The position numbers and the translations under genes were made by a program. From positions 20,717 through 84,716 of the forward strand of contig SZXY01000155.1 in the NCBI GenBank assembly GCA_005843805.1: a stretch of DNA of 64,000 bases, given 5' to 3'. Shown piece by piece: positions 51,155-62,691 of this stretch. Numbering within the stretch: the stretch's first letter is position 1; every line of letters begins with the position of its first letter. This stretch comes from Chlorobium sp. Its GTDB lineage: Bacteria; Bacteroidota; Chlorobiia; Chlorobiales; Chlorobiaceae. The notes under the pieces are model-generated. The model made no database searches. It saw nothing but the letters and a program-made list of their open reading frames with translations, and was not told the origin of the DNA.

Positions 51155-52456
51155 TCATAGTTGCTCCCAGAATTTCTTCATGCGATCAACAATTTTTTTT
51201 CTGGCCTGGTTCTGTTCCTGCGTTGCAGCCTCTTCCTCGATGCCTGGAGTGATCTCAGCAGGGCTTGCCTCAGCAGTCGAAGCAAAACTGTGATCTCCTG
51301 AGAGGTTGTTCTGAAATGCATGAGCAACAAGACCCATAACGGTTGCGTACATGGGATTGTTGACGGAACCCTTGATCCCGCCGGAGACCCCTTCGGGATA
51401 GCCTATACGGACATCAAGACCGAGAACATCATGGGCAAGCTCTTCAGTACCCGGAAGAAGCGAACCGCCTCCGGTTATAATCGCTCCCGCGTTGATATAT
51501 TCGTAATAACCCGAACGCTTTACAGAGTCTCGAACAAGCTCGAAAATCTCCATCATACGGGCTTCAATGATCATGGTCAGAGAGCTCTTCGGAAAGGATT
51601 TCTGGGGACGACCCTCGATACCTTCAACAAGAATATCCTCATCCTCACCACTGAGACGACTGTACGCACAACCATGATTTATTTTCAACTCCTCGGCAAC
51701 CTCGTAAAGAGCCTTTACCCCGTGAGCAACATCATGAGTGACATCATTGGCCGCAACCTTGATAACCTCTGAATAACGGATCGCACCGTCAATGTAGATG
51801 GCAACCTCGGTGGTTCCACCCCCTATATCGATCACAACCACGCCGCTTTTCTTCTCACGCTCTTTCATGACCGCCATACCCGAAGCTACCGGTTCAAAGG
51901 TTACCGCACTGATCTCCAGGCCAGCCTTCTCGACGCACTGTTTAATATTACGGATTTTTGTCCTCAGTCCGACAACAATATATGCACTCCCTCTCATGGT
52001 CGTACCAGCCATTCCGATCGGATCAAGAAGACCCTCCTGGTCATCGACAATGAATTCCTGCGGAATGACATGAATAATTTCATGATCGATATCCAGATAC
52101 CGGATATTGGTCTTGGCCTTCTCAAGAAACCGCTTCACATCGGAATCATTGACAATCCCTGTCTGGTTGATGCTGATTTCTGAATTACTGTGAATACAGT
52201 GAACATGGGCTCCCGAAATCCCGACGTTCACGCCGTGAATACGAATGGAAGACTCCCGCTCTGCATCGGCAACAGCCGCTCGGATGGCGGCTACAGTCTT
52301 GTTGATATTGACAACGGTAGCCCGCTGAAGACCATCGGAATTTGAACGCCCCTTTCCAAGAACATTGAGCTTTCCAATTTCATCTTTTTCGGCCACCACA
52401 ACACACACCTTGGTTGTCCCGATATCAAGACCTACGGCAATATTGCTTTTCAGCAT
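51155..52456 (-). CDS. ftsA: Cell division protein FtsA
   Basis: GLDIGTTK, IDIGGGTT, AEELKINHG and ITGGGSLLPG. Confidence 0.97.
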   Translation of the reverse strand: MLKSNIAVGLDIGTTKVCVVVAEKDEIGKLNVLGKGRSNSDGLQRATVVNINKTVAAIRAAVADAERESSIRIHGVNVGISGAHVHCIHSNSEISINQTGIVNDSDVKRFLEKAKTNIRYLDIDHEIIHVIPQEFIVDDQEGLLDPIGMAGTTMRGSAYIVVGLRTKIRNIKQCVEKAGLEISAVTFEPVASGMAVMKEREKKSGVVVIDIGGGTTEVAIYIDGAIRYSEVIKVAANDVTHDVAHGVKALYEVAEELKINHGCAYSRLSGEDEDILVEGIEGRPQKSFPKSSLTMIIEARMMEIFELVRDSVKRSGYYEYINAGAIITGGGSLLPGTEELAHDVLGLDVRIGYPEGVSGGIKGSVNNPMYATVMGLVAHAFQNNLSGDHSFASTAEASPAEITPGIEEEAATQEQNQARKKIVDRMKKFWEQL

Positions 52457-52477
52457 TGTTTTATTCTTGCATTATTA

Positions 52478-53377
52478 TCACTGGGAAAGAGCCTGTGGAA
52501 CCTCTTGAGAGAGCGATTCAGTAGTAAAAATCCGTCCCTTGAACCGCAAATCCACACTCTCATAAGAGCCAAAACCTTTTTTTGAAACTACCTTTTGCCA
52601 GAATATCTCGAATTTTTTCAACTTTTCCTTGAAGTTACCGTCATTACCAACAATAAAACGGGTGGGAGCCTGAACAGCAATGCAATAGCTTGTATTACCA
52701 GCTTCAAGGTGAAGCTCACGAATAAGCATTCGCGCATAATCACTTCCTGAAAGCGCATCGAGAAACTGCAACACCAATTCGATATCACGCGGATCAAGTT
52801 GCTGCAGACCATTTTCTGCCGCTTTAAGCCGGCTTATTCCCGAAACCTGGAGTAATTTCGGCACACGCGCCGAAAACTCTTGTTTGGCGGGAAGAAGAAA
52901 GCCATCACGGTCAACCGCCATCTCTCTTCCGTCGATAACCGCAAGAGCTACAGGCGTGCGTTCGATAACCCTGACACGGACAATCCCGTTCAGCTCTTTA
53001 CCAATAACAGCATCCCTGACATAGGGAAGCACCTTGATGCGTTCTTTCAGCTCTTCGGGATCAAGTTCCTGCAGATTTCTGCCTTTATAACCTTTCACGC
53101 GCCCGGAAATCTCCAGCCCGGAAACAAGCGAATTCCCTTCAATGACAAACTCCCTGACCATCACCCCTTTTTTCCAGCGCGATGCATGGGAAACCAAACC
53201 AGCAAGAGCTGCAACAACAATCAGAACAATCAACAACAGCACTTTCCAGTTGCCTCTGTAAACCCGCAGAGAATCATCGACGTTCTCAACCTCGTCAGCC
53301 CCCCCGGCAGCTCCCGGAGTACCGGAACCCTTATATTCTCTCTCTCCAGAATCAGGCATAGGAAAATAGTTTGTCAA
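52478..53377 (-). CDS. ftsQ: Cell division protein FtsQ/DivIB
   Basis: Single TM, POTRA-like region, VDLRFKGRI; position between murC and ftsA. Confidence 0.88.
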   Translation of the reverse strand: MTNYFPMPDSGEREYKGSGTPGAAGGADEVENVDDSLRVYRGNWKVLLLIVLIVVAALAGLVSHASRWKKGVMVREFVIEGNSLVSGLEISGRVKGYKGRNLQELDPEELKERIKVLPYVRDAVIGKELNGIVRVRVIERTPVALAVIDGREMAVDRDGFLLPAKQEFSARVPKLLQVSGISRLKAAENGLQQLDPRDIELVLQFLDALSGSDYARMLIRELHLEAGNTSYCIAVQAPTRFIVGNDGNFKEKLKKFEIFWQKVVSKKGFGSYESVDLRFKGRIFTTESLSQEVPQALSQ

Positions 53378-53456
53378 ATCCGTTCATGACACCCTTCAGG
53401 CACAAAGGCTTGGCAGATTCTCTCCACACTCATTAACCTGTTGACTGCAAAACCTT

Positions 53457-54893
53457 TTAATGAGCCTCACTGCCCTCTGCTCCATCACCTTGACTGCTGT
53501 CCCATTCACTGCGGCAGAGTTCGGCAACTTTTGACGCAAGTTGGGTAATATCCCCCGCGCCCATGAAAAGAATCATATTGCCACTCACAGAATATGGCCT
53601 GAGAAGAGAAAGAAGAAGCTCTTTGTCGGCAACAAACTCAACATGCTTTCCACCCGCCTTACGGACAGCGGCAGCCACAAGCTCTCCGTCAACTCCGGGA
53701 TAATCAACCGCCTTTTCACGGGCAGGATAGACATCGGCGACATAAACAATATCAGCCCTGGAGAGCGCCCAGCCATATTCATCGGCAAACTCTCTGGTAC
53801 GGGAAAACAAATGCGGCTGAAAAACAGCAACCACCCTCGAATCCATCCATCCGCTTTTGGCCGCCTTGACAGTCGCCTTCACTTCTGAAGGGTGATGAGC
53901 ATAGTCATCGACCACCATCAGCCCCGCACCATTGTCGTATTTGACCTGAAAACGCCTCCTCATGCCGCTGAACTTTCCAAGCCCGGCAATCAGCCACTCG
54001 GGCGTGATACCCAGCTCAAGACCTGCCGAAAAAGCCGCCAGGGCATTGAGCACATTGTGGCGTCCCGGCACATGAATACAGACATCGCGAAACTCCCGTC
54101 CAAAAGCATTAATGGTAAAGATCGTGTGCTGTTTTTCGGAAACAATATCCGAAGCCATCACATCGGCTGGCTCCTCAATGCCAAAAGTGGTATAGCGACG
54201 ATTCATTGAGGGGATAATTTTTCTGACCTCCGGCCAATCGACACAGCATATCACACGACCGTAAAAGGGAACCTTGTTGGCAAAAGCAATGAAGGCCTTT
54301 TTCAGCTCTTCAAGCGTTCCGTAGGTATCCATGTGCTCCGACTCAAGACTGTTGACAATGGCAATGGTCGGAGTAAGCTTCAAAAAAGCACGATCATACT
54401 CGTCGGCCTCGATGACCATGTACTTGCCTTCACCAACGACCGTACTGCCTTTCAGATAGTCCGATATCCCGCCAATCATGACAGTCGGAAACTCGCCCGA
54501 CTCGATAAGCATGGTGGCAATCATGGCTGTTGTGGTGGTCTTGCCATGAGTACCGGAAATACAGATTCCATACTTGTAACGCATGAGTTCACCAAGCATT
54601 TCATCCCTCTTTATGACAGGAATACCCGCTTTTTCAGCCGTCAGGATCTCGATATTCTCTTCCGGCCTGATTGCAGACGAGTAGACAACAACGTCACACG
54701 AAGAAATATGCTCTGCACGGTGTCCCCGGTAAATAAGAGCACCATGCTCGACAAGTTTATCAGTCACTTCGCCAGACGAAAGATCCGAGCCTGTAACCTC
54801 GAAACCTGACTTCAGAAGCAACTCTGCGATAGCGCTCATTCCCGCACCGCCTATTCCAACTATATGAACACGTTTTGTTCTGCCCAGTTCCAT
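53457..54893 (-). CDS. murC: UDP-N-acetylmuramate--L-alanine ligase
   Basis: [35 protein letters not shown] and DDYAHHPSE. Confidence 0.97.
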   Translation of the reverse strand: MELGRTKRVHIVGIGGAGMSAIAELLLKSGFEVTGSDLSSGEVTDKLVEHGALIYRGHRAEHISSCDVVVYSSAIRPEENIEILTAEKAGIPVIKRDEMLGELMRYKYGICISGTHGKTTTTAMIATMLIESGEFPTVMIGGISDYLKGSTVVGEGKYMVIEADEYDRAFLKLTPTIAIVNSLESEHMDTYGTLEELKKAFIAFANKVPFYGRVICCVDWPEVRKIIPSMNRRYTTFGIEEPADVMASDIVSEKQHTIFTINAFGREFRDVCIHVPGRHNVLNALAAFSAGLELGITPEWLIAGLGKFSGMRRRFQVKYDNGAGLMVVDDYAHHPSEVKATVKAAKSGWMDSRVVAVFQPHLFSRTREFADEYGWALSRADIVYVADVYPAREKAVDYPGVDGELVAAAVRKAGGKHVEFVADKELLLSLLRPYSVSGNMILFMGAGDITQLASKVAELCRSEWDSSQGDGAEGSEAH

Positions 54894-54906
54894 GAATTCT
54901 GATTCC

Positions 54907-56004
54907 TTAATATTTGTTTGCAAGGCTGATAATTCGCAGGGCAAGCTGACGGGCAGCATCGGGATAAGCAAGTTTCAGGGAGGCTTCACCCATTTTTTGC
55001 AGCCTCTCGCTCTCATGCAGCAACTCCAGAATGTTCTTTATCGATTCCCGTTCTGCAAGAGAGTCATCCTCAACGACCATAGCCGCCCCACTTTTGACCA
55101 GCGCACGTGCATTGTGACGCTGATGATCCCCGGTAGCGTAAGGAAAAGGCACAAGCACCGAAGGCTTGCCAAGATTGGTCAACTCGGCGATGCTCGAAGC
55201 TCCAGCCCTGCACAAAACCAGATCGGCAGCGCTGTAGGCCATACCCATATCTTCAATATAAGGAGCAACCCAAACTGAAGGAGAGAGCGTAACCTTGCTC
55301 TTTATTCGCTCAAAATCAAGAGCACCTGTCTGCCAGACAAGATTGGCCGAAACCGTAATTTCATCAAGCCATTGAAGCACCGCATTGTTTATGGAACGGG
55401 CGCCCCTGCTCCCCCCAAAAACAAGAAGGGTCGGTCGATCTTCGTGCAGACCAAACCGCATCCTGGCCACAGCAGCCGACTGCAACACGAAAGAGCGTGC
55501 AGGATTGCCGGAAACAAAGACTCCCTTTTTTTTAATAAGAAAACGGCGGGCCTCTTCAAAAGAAAGATGCACCTCACTGGCAAGAACCGAAAGCAATTTT
55601 GTCGTTACACCAGGAAATGCATTCTGCTCCTGAATGAGAGTCTTTTTTCGCATCAGTTGAGCCGCAAGAAGCAGGGGAGCACTTACAAAGCCACCCGTTC
55701 CAACCACTACATCAGGAGCCTCACGCTTGACAAGAGCAACCGCACGACCAAGAGCCGCCGAAAAATCGGCCAGCACACCGAGATTGGCAATGATATCACC
55801 CAGAGAGCGACCTCTTTTAAGCCCCCTGACTGGCACGAGATGAAGCCGGTAACCAAGACGAGGCACTTCGGTCGCCTCAATCCCACTGGTAGTCCCGGCA
55901 AAAGAAACCCCGACATCTGGAACCAGAAGAGCGAGTTCAGCAGCCATGGCTATGGCCGGATACAAATGACCGCCAGTTCCTCCACCGGCAAAAAGCACTT
56001 TCAT
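54907..56004 (-). CDS. murG: Undecaprenyldiphospho-muramoylpentapeptide GlcNAc transferase
   Basis: [34 protein letters not shown] and HQRHNA. Confidence 0.97.
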   Translation of the reverse strand: MKVLFAGGGTGGHLYPAIAMAAELALLVPDVGVSFAGTTSGIEATEVPRLGYRLHLVPVRGLKRGRSLGDIIANLGVLADFSAALGRAVALVKREAPDVVVGTGGFVSAPLLLAAQLMRKKTLIQEQNAFPGVTTKLLSVLASEVHLSFEEARRFLIKKKGVFVSGNPARSFVLQSAAVARMRFGLHEDRPTLLVFGGSRGARSINNAVLQWLDEITVSANLVWQTGALDFERIKSKVTLSPSVWVAPYIEDMGMAYSAADLVLCRAGASSIAELTNLGKPSVLVPFPYATGDHQRHNARALVKSGAAMVVEDDSLAERESIKNILELLHESERLQKMGEASLKLAYPDAARQLALRIISLANKY

Positions 56005-57161
56005 GACAAACTCCTTTCTGTGACTCCAGACAGGGCTGCCCTGTCAAGCTCCCTTTTCTTGTAACGTGATATACTGATAAGAATACCTACACCGAGAGAG
56101 TTAAAGAGAAGCGCTGTACCTCCATAGCTGATAAAAGGAAGTGCCACACCGGTAGTCGGCAGCAAATGGCAGGCAACAGCAATATTGATAAACGCAAAAA
56201 GAGAAATGGCCATCGTTATCCCGCTGGCAACATATTTACCGAAATTATCGGGAGCGTGCTTGGCGATGATAAGACCACAGATTAAAAATCCCGTAAAAAG
56301 AGCTATGACCACAAGAGCCCCTATAAATCCATACTCCTCACCGATAACGACAAAAACAAAATCGTTGTAGGAAAGCGGGAGATAGAGCTCTCTTTGCTTG
56401 CTGGCCCCGATTCCAAGACCGAAAAGACCTCCGTTACCAAGACCGATCAATGCCTGAACGACCTGGTAGCTCAACTCTTTTTCATCGCCACTGAAAAACG
56501 AGAGCAGACGGGCAACCCGGTATGGAGCTGCAATGGCAAAAACGGCTGCAATGGGTATCAGGAGCGAAGCCGTTGTCATGAGATGGCGAATATTGACACC
56601 ACCGATAAACATAAGCATGAATCCAATCAAGGCAATCAGCGAAGCAGTACTGAAGTTCGGTTCGAGCGCCACAAGGGTCACAACCGTCATCAGAAGAGTG
56701 AGCAGGGGATAATAGGAGTTATTGAGATCCTTTATATATCCCTGTTTTTCAGTGATAAGCCTTGAGAAATGAAAGATCAGTGTGTATTTGGCCAAGTCAG
56801 AAACCTGGAATTTAAGCGGCCCGAAACCTATCCAGCGAGCCGCGCCCGAAATCACATGAACCGCTTTCAGGGCCAGAAGAAGAGTCAGAAGCCCAATACT
56901 CAGAAAGAGCAGAATCTTGCTGGTTTTCCAGAAAAAATGATAATCAATCTGAGCAACGAGAAGCACTGCGAGAATCCCCAGCACGGAAAAAACAAGCTGA
57001 CGCCACAAGAAATATTCAGAACTCGCATATTTGTTTTCCGCCCAGCCCGCACCGCTGCTGTAGACGACGGCAATACCGATACACATAAGCATTGCAACGA
57101 TGAGCAACAGCAACTTTCCGGCAATTCCCTCGCCTCTTGAAGGAACTGAACGATCCTCCAT
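56001..57161 (-). CDS. ftsW: Cell division protein FtsW
   Basis: [36 protein letters not shown] and LPFISYGG. Start uncertain. Confidence 0.93.
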   Translation of the reverse strand: MEDRSVPSRGEGIAGKLLLLIVAMLMCIGIAVVYSSGAGWAENKYASSEYFLWRQLVFSVLGILAVLLVAQIDYHFFWKTSKILLFLSIGLLTLLLALKAVHVISGAARWIGFGPLKFQVSDLAKYTLIFHFSRLITEKQGYIKDLNNSYYPLLTLLMTVVTLVALEPNFSTASLIALIGFMLMFIGGVNIRHLMTTASLLIPIAAVFAIAAPYRVARLLSFFSGDEKELSYQVVQALIGLGNGGLFGLGIGASKQRELYLPLSYNDFVFVVIGEEYGFIGALVVIALFTGFLICGLIIAKHAPDNFGKYVASGITMAISLFAFINIAVACHLLPTTGVALPFISYGGTALLFNSLGVGILISISRYKKRELDRAALSGVTERSLS

Positions 57162-57199
57162 GACACTTACCCCTGAAGAATCTGAAGTGTGGCCGATTT

Positions 57200-58597
57200 T
57201 CAGCATGGCTGCAACTGATGAACACATTGTTTGAACTGCCTGCCTCGATCCTCAAAATTTTCGAACATGTCAAAACTTGCGCACGCCGGTGAAAACAGCA
57301 CGGTTTGCCCCTCCTGAGCAAACTCATGGGCAAACGACACCGCCTCTTCGAGAGATTCGGCTGCTTTGAAGGCAATGATACCCTCAAAAGCTGAAGCTAA
57401 CTTTTCGCGGGACTCACCAATGGCGATAAGCAGAGAGATCTTTTGACGAACAAGATCTGAAACCGAATTATAATCATTCCCTTTATCCCTTCCTCCGGCA
57501 ATAAGAATTCCCTTGCCGGGAAGCGCTTCGAGAGCCTGGCGAAGGGCATTGATATTTGTTGCTTTTGAATCGTTGACCCAGTCAACCCCGTCAATGGTCA
57601 TGACAAATTCCTGGCGGTGCTCAACACCCCTGAACTGAGTGAGTGCTGAACACACAGCTTCATTACCGATACCCAGCGCCCTCGAAACAGAAACCGCCGC
57701 AAGCGCATTATAGATATTGTGCCGCCCCCGAAAACTCCCTTTCAGAAAATCCGATGTCACGATGACTCGCTCATCGCCGCTGGCCGTACGCACAACAATC
57801 GTATCGCCATCAATAAAAACAAACGAACCGTCATGGCCTGCAGGTGGCAGATAATCGATACCAAACGGAATGATTCTGAACGGAAAACGATCCGAAGAAC
57901 TCTCAAAATGCTCTCTGAGCAACAGATCGTCCGCATTGTAAATGAGCGTATCGCGGGCACCCTGGTTCGCATAAATCCTGAACTTGGCCTCAGCATAGCG
58001 CAGCAGATCGCCCTGATAACGATCGAGATGGTCAGGCGTTATATTGGTAATGACGGCAACGTCAGGCCGGAAGGTAATGCAGCGTTCCAGTTGGTAACTG
58101 CTCAGTTCGACAACCGCAACATCCCTGGCACTCATATCCCGAACCATTGAAGAAAAGGGAACTCCGATGTTGCCGACACTGTATGATCGGTAACCATTCA
58201 TGATACCGTCAGCTTCACAAATATGGTGAACCAGGGTAGATGTCGTGGTTTTTCCGTCCGTACCGGTAATACCCACAATTCTTGCCTTACAGAAAAGGCT
58301 CGCTATTTCAATCTCGCTATAGAGAGAAATTCCCCTCGACTGCATGGTTTTCACAACCGGAACAGAGGGCCCGATACCGGGACTGATGACACAAAAATCA
58401 GCTTCGTAAACCCTCTCTGAATGACCTTCCTCTTCGAAGGCTACCTGCATCTCCTCAAGACGCAACCGCTCCTTTTCTCCGATCCGGCCCACCTCGCTGA
58501 GCAATACCTCGGCACCTTCCAGGCGAAGCAGTTCGGCGGCAGCAATACCGCTTTTTCCAGCACCGATTACCGATACCCTTTTTCCCGTTATATCCAT
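57200..58597 (-). CDS. murD: UDP-N-acetylmuramoyl-L-alanine--D-glutamate ligase
   Basis: [37 protein letters not shown] and [10 protein letters not shown]; TAATG overlap with mraY. Confidence 0.97.
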   Translation of the reverse strand: MDITGKRVSVIGAGKSGIAAAELLRLEGAEVLLSEVGRIGEKERLRLEEMQVAFEEEGHSERVYEADFCVISPGIGPSVPVVKTMQSRGISLYSEIEIASLFCKARIVGITGTDGKTTTSTLVHHICEADGIMNGYRSYSVGNIGVPFSSMVRDMSARDVAVVELSSYQLERCITFRPDVAVITNITPDHLDRYQGDLLRYAEAKFRIYANQGARDTLIYNADDLLLREHFESSSDRFPFRIIPFGIDYLPPAGHDGSFVFIDGDTIVVRTASGDERVIVTSDFLKGSFRGRHNIYNALAAVSVSRALGIGNEAVCSALTQFRGVEHRQEFVMTIDGVDWVNDSKATNINALRQALEALPGKGILIAGGRDKGNDYNSVSDLVRQKISLLIAIGESREKLASAFEGIIAFKAAESLEEAVSFAHEFAQEGQTVLFSPACASFDMFENFEDRGRQFKQCVHQLQPC

Positions 58598-59703
58598 TAC
58601 CTGAGTTTTAAAGTCATGAGGCTGGCAAGAAAAAAGAGAATGGTCACGATCCAGAACCTGATCACAATCTTTTGTTCCGCCCACCCTTTCAATTGAAAAT
58701 GGTGATGAAGGGGTGCCATCAGAAAAATTCTCCGACCCTGGCCGTACCTCATTTTCGTATACTTGAAATAGAGTACCTGAAGGGAAACCGAGAGCGTTTC
58801 AAGAAAAAATGTACCGGCAAGCACCGGCAGAAGCAGTTCCTGCTTGATAAGAAGAGCGATCACTGCAATTGCACTTCCAAGAGCGAGCGAACCGGTGTCG
58901 CCCATGATGATCTCAGCCGGGTTGGAGTTAAACCACAAAAAGCCCACACAGGCCATGACAATGGCCATACACACAACGGCAAGCTCTCCACCTCCGGGAA
59001 TAAATGGAATCTTGAGATAGGCGGCATAGACTGCATTGCCGGCAAGATAGGAAAAACCACCAAGAGCCATAACCACAATGGCCGAACTGCCGGAAGCAAG
59101 ACCATCAAGACCATCAGTAAGATTTACCGCATTCGAAACAGCCGTAATGATAAACAGAACGACAGGAATATAGAAGTAACCGTAATCAATGGTCAGATGT
59201 TTGAAAAACGGCACGGTTGTCGTTGAAAGCAGCACCGAAAAAGCCGGATCATGCCAGGTATAAAGCCCTACGACAAGACCCAGAGAGAGCTGCCCGATAA
59301 GCTTGTAACGGGCCGAAAGTCCCCCCTTGATTTTCAGCACAACCTTCCGGTAATCATCAATGAAACCGATGACGCCCATCCAGAGCACAGCAAGCATGAC
59401 CAGCCAGACGTGAGGATCGATAAATTTTGCCCAAAGCAAGACTGATGCCTCAATGGAAAAAATAATAAGCAAGCCACCCATCGTGGGAAGCTGTTTTTTC
59501 TTTTTATGCTCCGGAGGCGCTTCCTCCTTGATCGGCTCAATAAACCGGGACTTCAGGTAGCGGATAAATCCGGGACCGGCAAACAGGGTAATCAGCAGCG
59601 CCGTAATTGCGGCAGCGCTGGCCCTGAAGGTCAGGTACTCGATAACATGGAGCCCTGGGGGATCATACATATCGTTGATGTACTTCAACAGATAATAAAG
59701 CAT
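58597..59703 (-). CDS. mraY: Phospho-N-acetylmuramoyl-pentapeptide transferase
   Basis: [30 protein letters not shown] and MAPLHHHF. Confidence 0.97.
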   Translation of the reverse strand: MLYYLLKYINDMYDPPGLHVIEYLTFRASAAAITALLITLFAGPGFIRYLKSRFIEPIKEEAPPEHKKKKQLPTMGGLLIIFSIEASVLLWAKFIDPHVWLVMLAVLWMGVIGFIDDYRKVVLKIKGGLSARYKLIGQLSLGLVVGLYTWHDPAFSVLLSTTTVPFFKHLTIDYGYFYIPVVLFIITAVSNAVNLTDGLDGLASGSSAIVVMALGGFSYLAGNAVYAAYLKIPFIPGGGELAVVCMAIVMACVGFLWFNSNPAEIIMGDTGSLALGSAIAVIALLIKQELLLPVLAGTFFLETLSVSLQVLYFKYTKMRYGQGRRIFLMAPLHHHFQLKGWAEQKIVIRFWIVTILFFLASLMTLKLR

Positions 59704-59713
59704 ACTGTAAATC

Positions 59714-61135
59714 TTACCTGGTTATGGTTCTTGCATTGATGAGCGCTTCGACAACCCGTTCGAGCTTCATCCCCCGTGATCCCTTGAAAAGCACAGCATC
59801 GCCATCATGCACTCCGGCAAGCAATGCATCGAGAAGTTTTTCGTGGCTCTCAAAATGGCCCCTGCAGCAACCGGGCGCCTCCCGGCAGAACAACAGGGCC
59901 TTCTCTCCATAAGTAAAAAGCATATCGACAGAACTCTGTTGAATATATCTGCCAATGGTTTCATGTTCAACATCTGCGGCTACACCAAGTTCCAGCATAT
60001 CACCAAGCACGGCAATTCTCTTTCCTTCACACGCAATATCGCACAGCGCATCGATCGCCAGACGCATGGAGTCGGAATTTGCGTTGTAGGTATCATTGAG
60101 GATCATGAGTCCAGAGGAGTCAACCACTTCGAGCCGCTTCCAGCCGGGAGCAGGAATGAGCCGTTCCAGACCATCACGGATCTGGCGAAGCGAAAGTCCA
60201 AAATGCAGGCCGACTGCAGCAGCAGCAACCGCATTGATGACATTGTGCTTTCCTGTAAAATTCAGGTGAACCGTTTCGGTACCACAGGCAGAACATAACA
60301 GAAAAGAGATGCGTCCGTTCCTGCTCACCGAAATTTCCCTGGCCCAGCAGACATTTTCAGGACTTTCCCTGCTTCCGTAACTGACATGGCTGGCAAGAGC
60401 AGCTCCAGCCGTGCTGAGCCGTGGATCGTCTGTATTGACAAATGCAGTGCCTCCATGAGTGCCAAGATATTCGAAAAGCTGAGTTTCGGCTGCGGCAACC
60501 CCGTCAAGATCGAAAAGAAACTCCAGATGCTCATGGCCTATATTGGTCAGAACTCCATGCGTCGGCATGGCTATATCGGCAAGCAACGCCATCTCTCCGG
60601 GATGATTGATACCCGTCTCGACAACGGCAACAGCGGTATTCCGCTTGAGCTGCAGCAAGGTGAGAGGTACGCCCAGATGATTGTTTTTGTTCCCCTGGCT
60701 CATCTGAACAGTGAAAGCCGTTCCAAGTACCGAAGCCACCATCTCCTTGGTTGTGGTTTTTCCATTGCTGCCACCAATAGCCACGACAGGAAAAGAAAAC
60801 TTGCTGCGATAAATAGTTGCAAGCCGCTGCAAACCGGCCACAGGATCATTGGTGACGATAAAACCTTTTCCGGAAGGAGGCTCAATCGAGCGCTGTGCAT
60901 CATACCACTGACGGCTCACCATGACCCATGAGGCCCCATTGGCAAAAGCAGTGCCAACATAGTCATGACCATCCGTTCGTTCTCCCCTCAGGGCAACAAA
61001 CAGCTCCCCCCCTTTCACCTCTCTTGAATCAATGACCACCACCGGCTCGATCATCTCCTGCTGCGGCAACTCCGCCTCTCTGGCAACAACCTCTCCGACG
61101 CTCCGGAAATCATCGATCGTCAGAACCCCTTTCAC
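59714..61135 (-). CDS. murF: UDP-N-acetylmuramoyl-tripeptide--D-Ala-D-Ala ligase
   Basis: [37 protein letters not shown] and KGSRGMKLE. Confidence 0.97.
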   Translation of the reverse strand: MKGVLTIDDFRSVGEVVAREAELPQQEMIEPVVVIDSREVKGGELFVALRGERTDGHDYVGTAFANGASWVMVSRQWYDAQRSIEPPSGKGFIVTNDPVAGLQRLATIYRSKFSFPVVAIGGSNGKTTTKEMVASVLGTAFTVQMSQGNKNNHLGVPLTLLQLKRNTAVAVVETGINHPGEMALLADIAMPTHGVLTNIGHEHLEFLFDLDGVAAAETQLFEYLGTHGGTAFVNTDDPRLSTAGAALASHVSYGSRESPENVCWAREISVSRNGRISFLLCSACGTETVHLNFTGKHNVINAVAAAAVGLHFGLSLRQIRDGLERLIPAPGWKRLEVVDSSGLMILNDTYNANSDSMRLAIDALCDIACEGKRIAVLGDMLELGVAADVEHETIGRYIQQSSVDMLFTYGEKALLFCREAPGCCRGHFESHEKLLDALLAGVHDGDAVLFKGSRGMKLERVVEALINARTITR

Positions 61136-62691
61136 ACGCTCTCCTTCTCCGGATTTCCGGAATTGTTTATCTGCAAATACTTTTTTATAAGCTCCTGATC
61201 AGAAAAGAAATATTTTTGTCCCGCAATCTCCTGATACTGTTCATGACCTTTTCCCGCCACAAGCAGCAGATCTCCCTTTTTAAGCATCGAAAGCGCCCTC
61301 CTGATAGCCTCGGCCCTGTCACTGATTCTTGTGTAATGGTCGCCCGTTATGCCTCGCTCAATTTCATCAAGAATAGAGTCTGGATCCTCGTCACGCGGAT
61401 TGTCGGAGGTAATGATAAGCTCATCGGCATTTTCGGAGGCAATACGACCCATTTCCGGTCGCTTCGAGCGATCCCTGTTGCCACCGCACCCGAACACCAC
61501 CACAAGACGTGATCCTTCAGCCTTGAGGGCATTCAGGGCAGAAAGAACCTTGAAAAGAGCATCGGGAGTATGTGCATAATCAACAAAGGCGCTCCATCCA
61601 ATACTCCCGTCACCGATTCTCTCCATACGCCCATTCACCGAGGAAACTGCCGAAAGAGAGCGACAGATCTCTTCAGGGGCAAGACCCATGCCATAACCGA
61701 CGGCCGCAGCCTCAAGCACATTCATGACATTGAAAACTCCCGGCAACCCAACCTCCATAGTCACAAGCGCATCGGGAAAATGCAGCGCAACGGTCGTTGA
61801 GGCAAAAGAGCTTCCCTTGATATCAGCCCGGAAAACCCGGCTGCACGACAAAAGCGGAGAAAGCGCTGCTGACTGCATGGTAGCACAATATCTTTTTTCA
61901 GGCGCAACAGCCATGGCCATCTCTGGAGCAAAAGGGTCATCAATATTGAAGACCGCAAACCCTTCCGGGCTTATCTGCTCAAAAAGCAACTGCTTGGCTG
62001 CAGCATAATCCTCCATGGTACCATGAAAGTCAAGATGCTCCATGGTCAAATTGGTAAAAAGAGCCGTATGAAACTGGATACCGTAAACCCTTTTCAGTAC
62101 CAATGCATGGGAAGAGACCTCCATGACCACTGCCCGGCATCCCGCATCTACCATCTGGCTGAAGAGTTCGTGCAAACCATGAGCCTCCGGTGTCGTACGT
62201 TCAAGGGGGATATCCCTCTCTCCGATCCTGCAGAGATTGGTACCGATATAACCGGCAGGGATACCATTGGCGTTAAGCATTGCCGTAATCAGCTTCGCGG
62301 TGGTTGTCTTGCCGTTGGTGCCGGTAACACCGATAATGAGCAGGCGCTCAGATGCTTTTTCATAAAAAATCCGGGCCGCCTCCGCCAGGGCCTGCCGGGA
62401 ATCATTAACTTTTATATAAAGAGATGATGCATCAATATCAGAGGGAAATTCTTCGCAGATGATGACCGAAGCCCCTTGCTCTGCCGCACTTCCGATAAAG
62501 CGGTGACCATCGGTACAATAACCCCTTACCGCCACAAACAGCGAACCGGCCACAACCTCCCGCGAATCACAGGTAACCATGCAGACCGGCCTGGCTGCGG
62601 TGTTACCGGCAAGCTCCAGAAAGGTAACTCCCGCAAGCAACTCATCGAGTTGCATCATGGGGCTGCCAGCACTCTCCACGGGGGTAATCAT
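61132..62691 (-). CDS. murE: UDP-N-acetylmuramoyl-L-alanyl-D-glutamate--2,6-diaminopimelate ligase
   Basis: DSR, GVTGTNGKTTT, MEVSSHAL, EHLDFH, VDYAHTPDA, FGCGGNRD, DNPR (DAP-type) and AGKGHE. Confidence 0.97.
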   Translation of the reverse strand: MITPVESAGSPMMQLDELLAGVTFLELAGNTAARPVCMVTCDSREVVAGSLFVAVRGYCTDGHRFIGSAAEQGASVIICEEFPSDIDASSLYIKVNDSRQALAEAARIFYEKASERLLIIGVTGTNGKTTTAKLITAMLNANGIPAGYIGTNLCRIGERDIPLERTTPEAHGLHELFSQMVDAGCRAVVMEVSSHALVLKRVYGIQFHTALFTNLTMEHLDFHGTMEDYAAAKQLLFEQISPEGFAVFNIDDPFAPEMAMAVAPEKRYCATMQSAALSPLLSCSRVFRADIKGSSFASTTVALHFPDALVTMEVGLPGVFNVMNVLEAAAVGYGMGLAPEEICRSLSAVSSVNGRMERIGDGSIGWSAFVDYAHTPDALFKVLSALNALKAEGSRLVVVFGCGGNRDRSKRPEMGRIASENADELIITSDNPRDEDPDSILDEIERGITGDHYTRISDRAEAIRRALSMLKKGDLLLVAGKGHEQYQEIAGQKYFFSDQELIKKYLQINNSGNPEKESV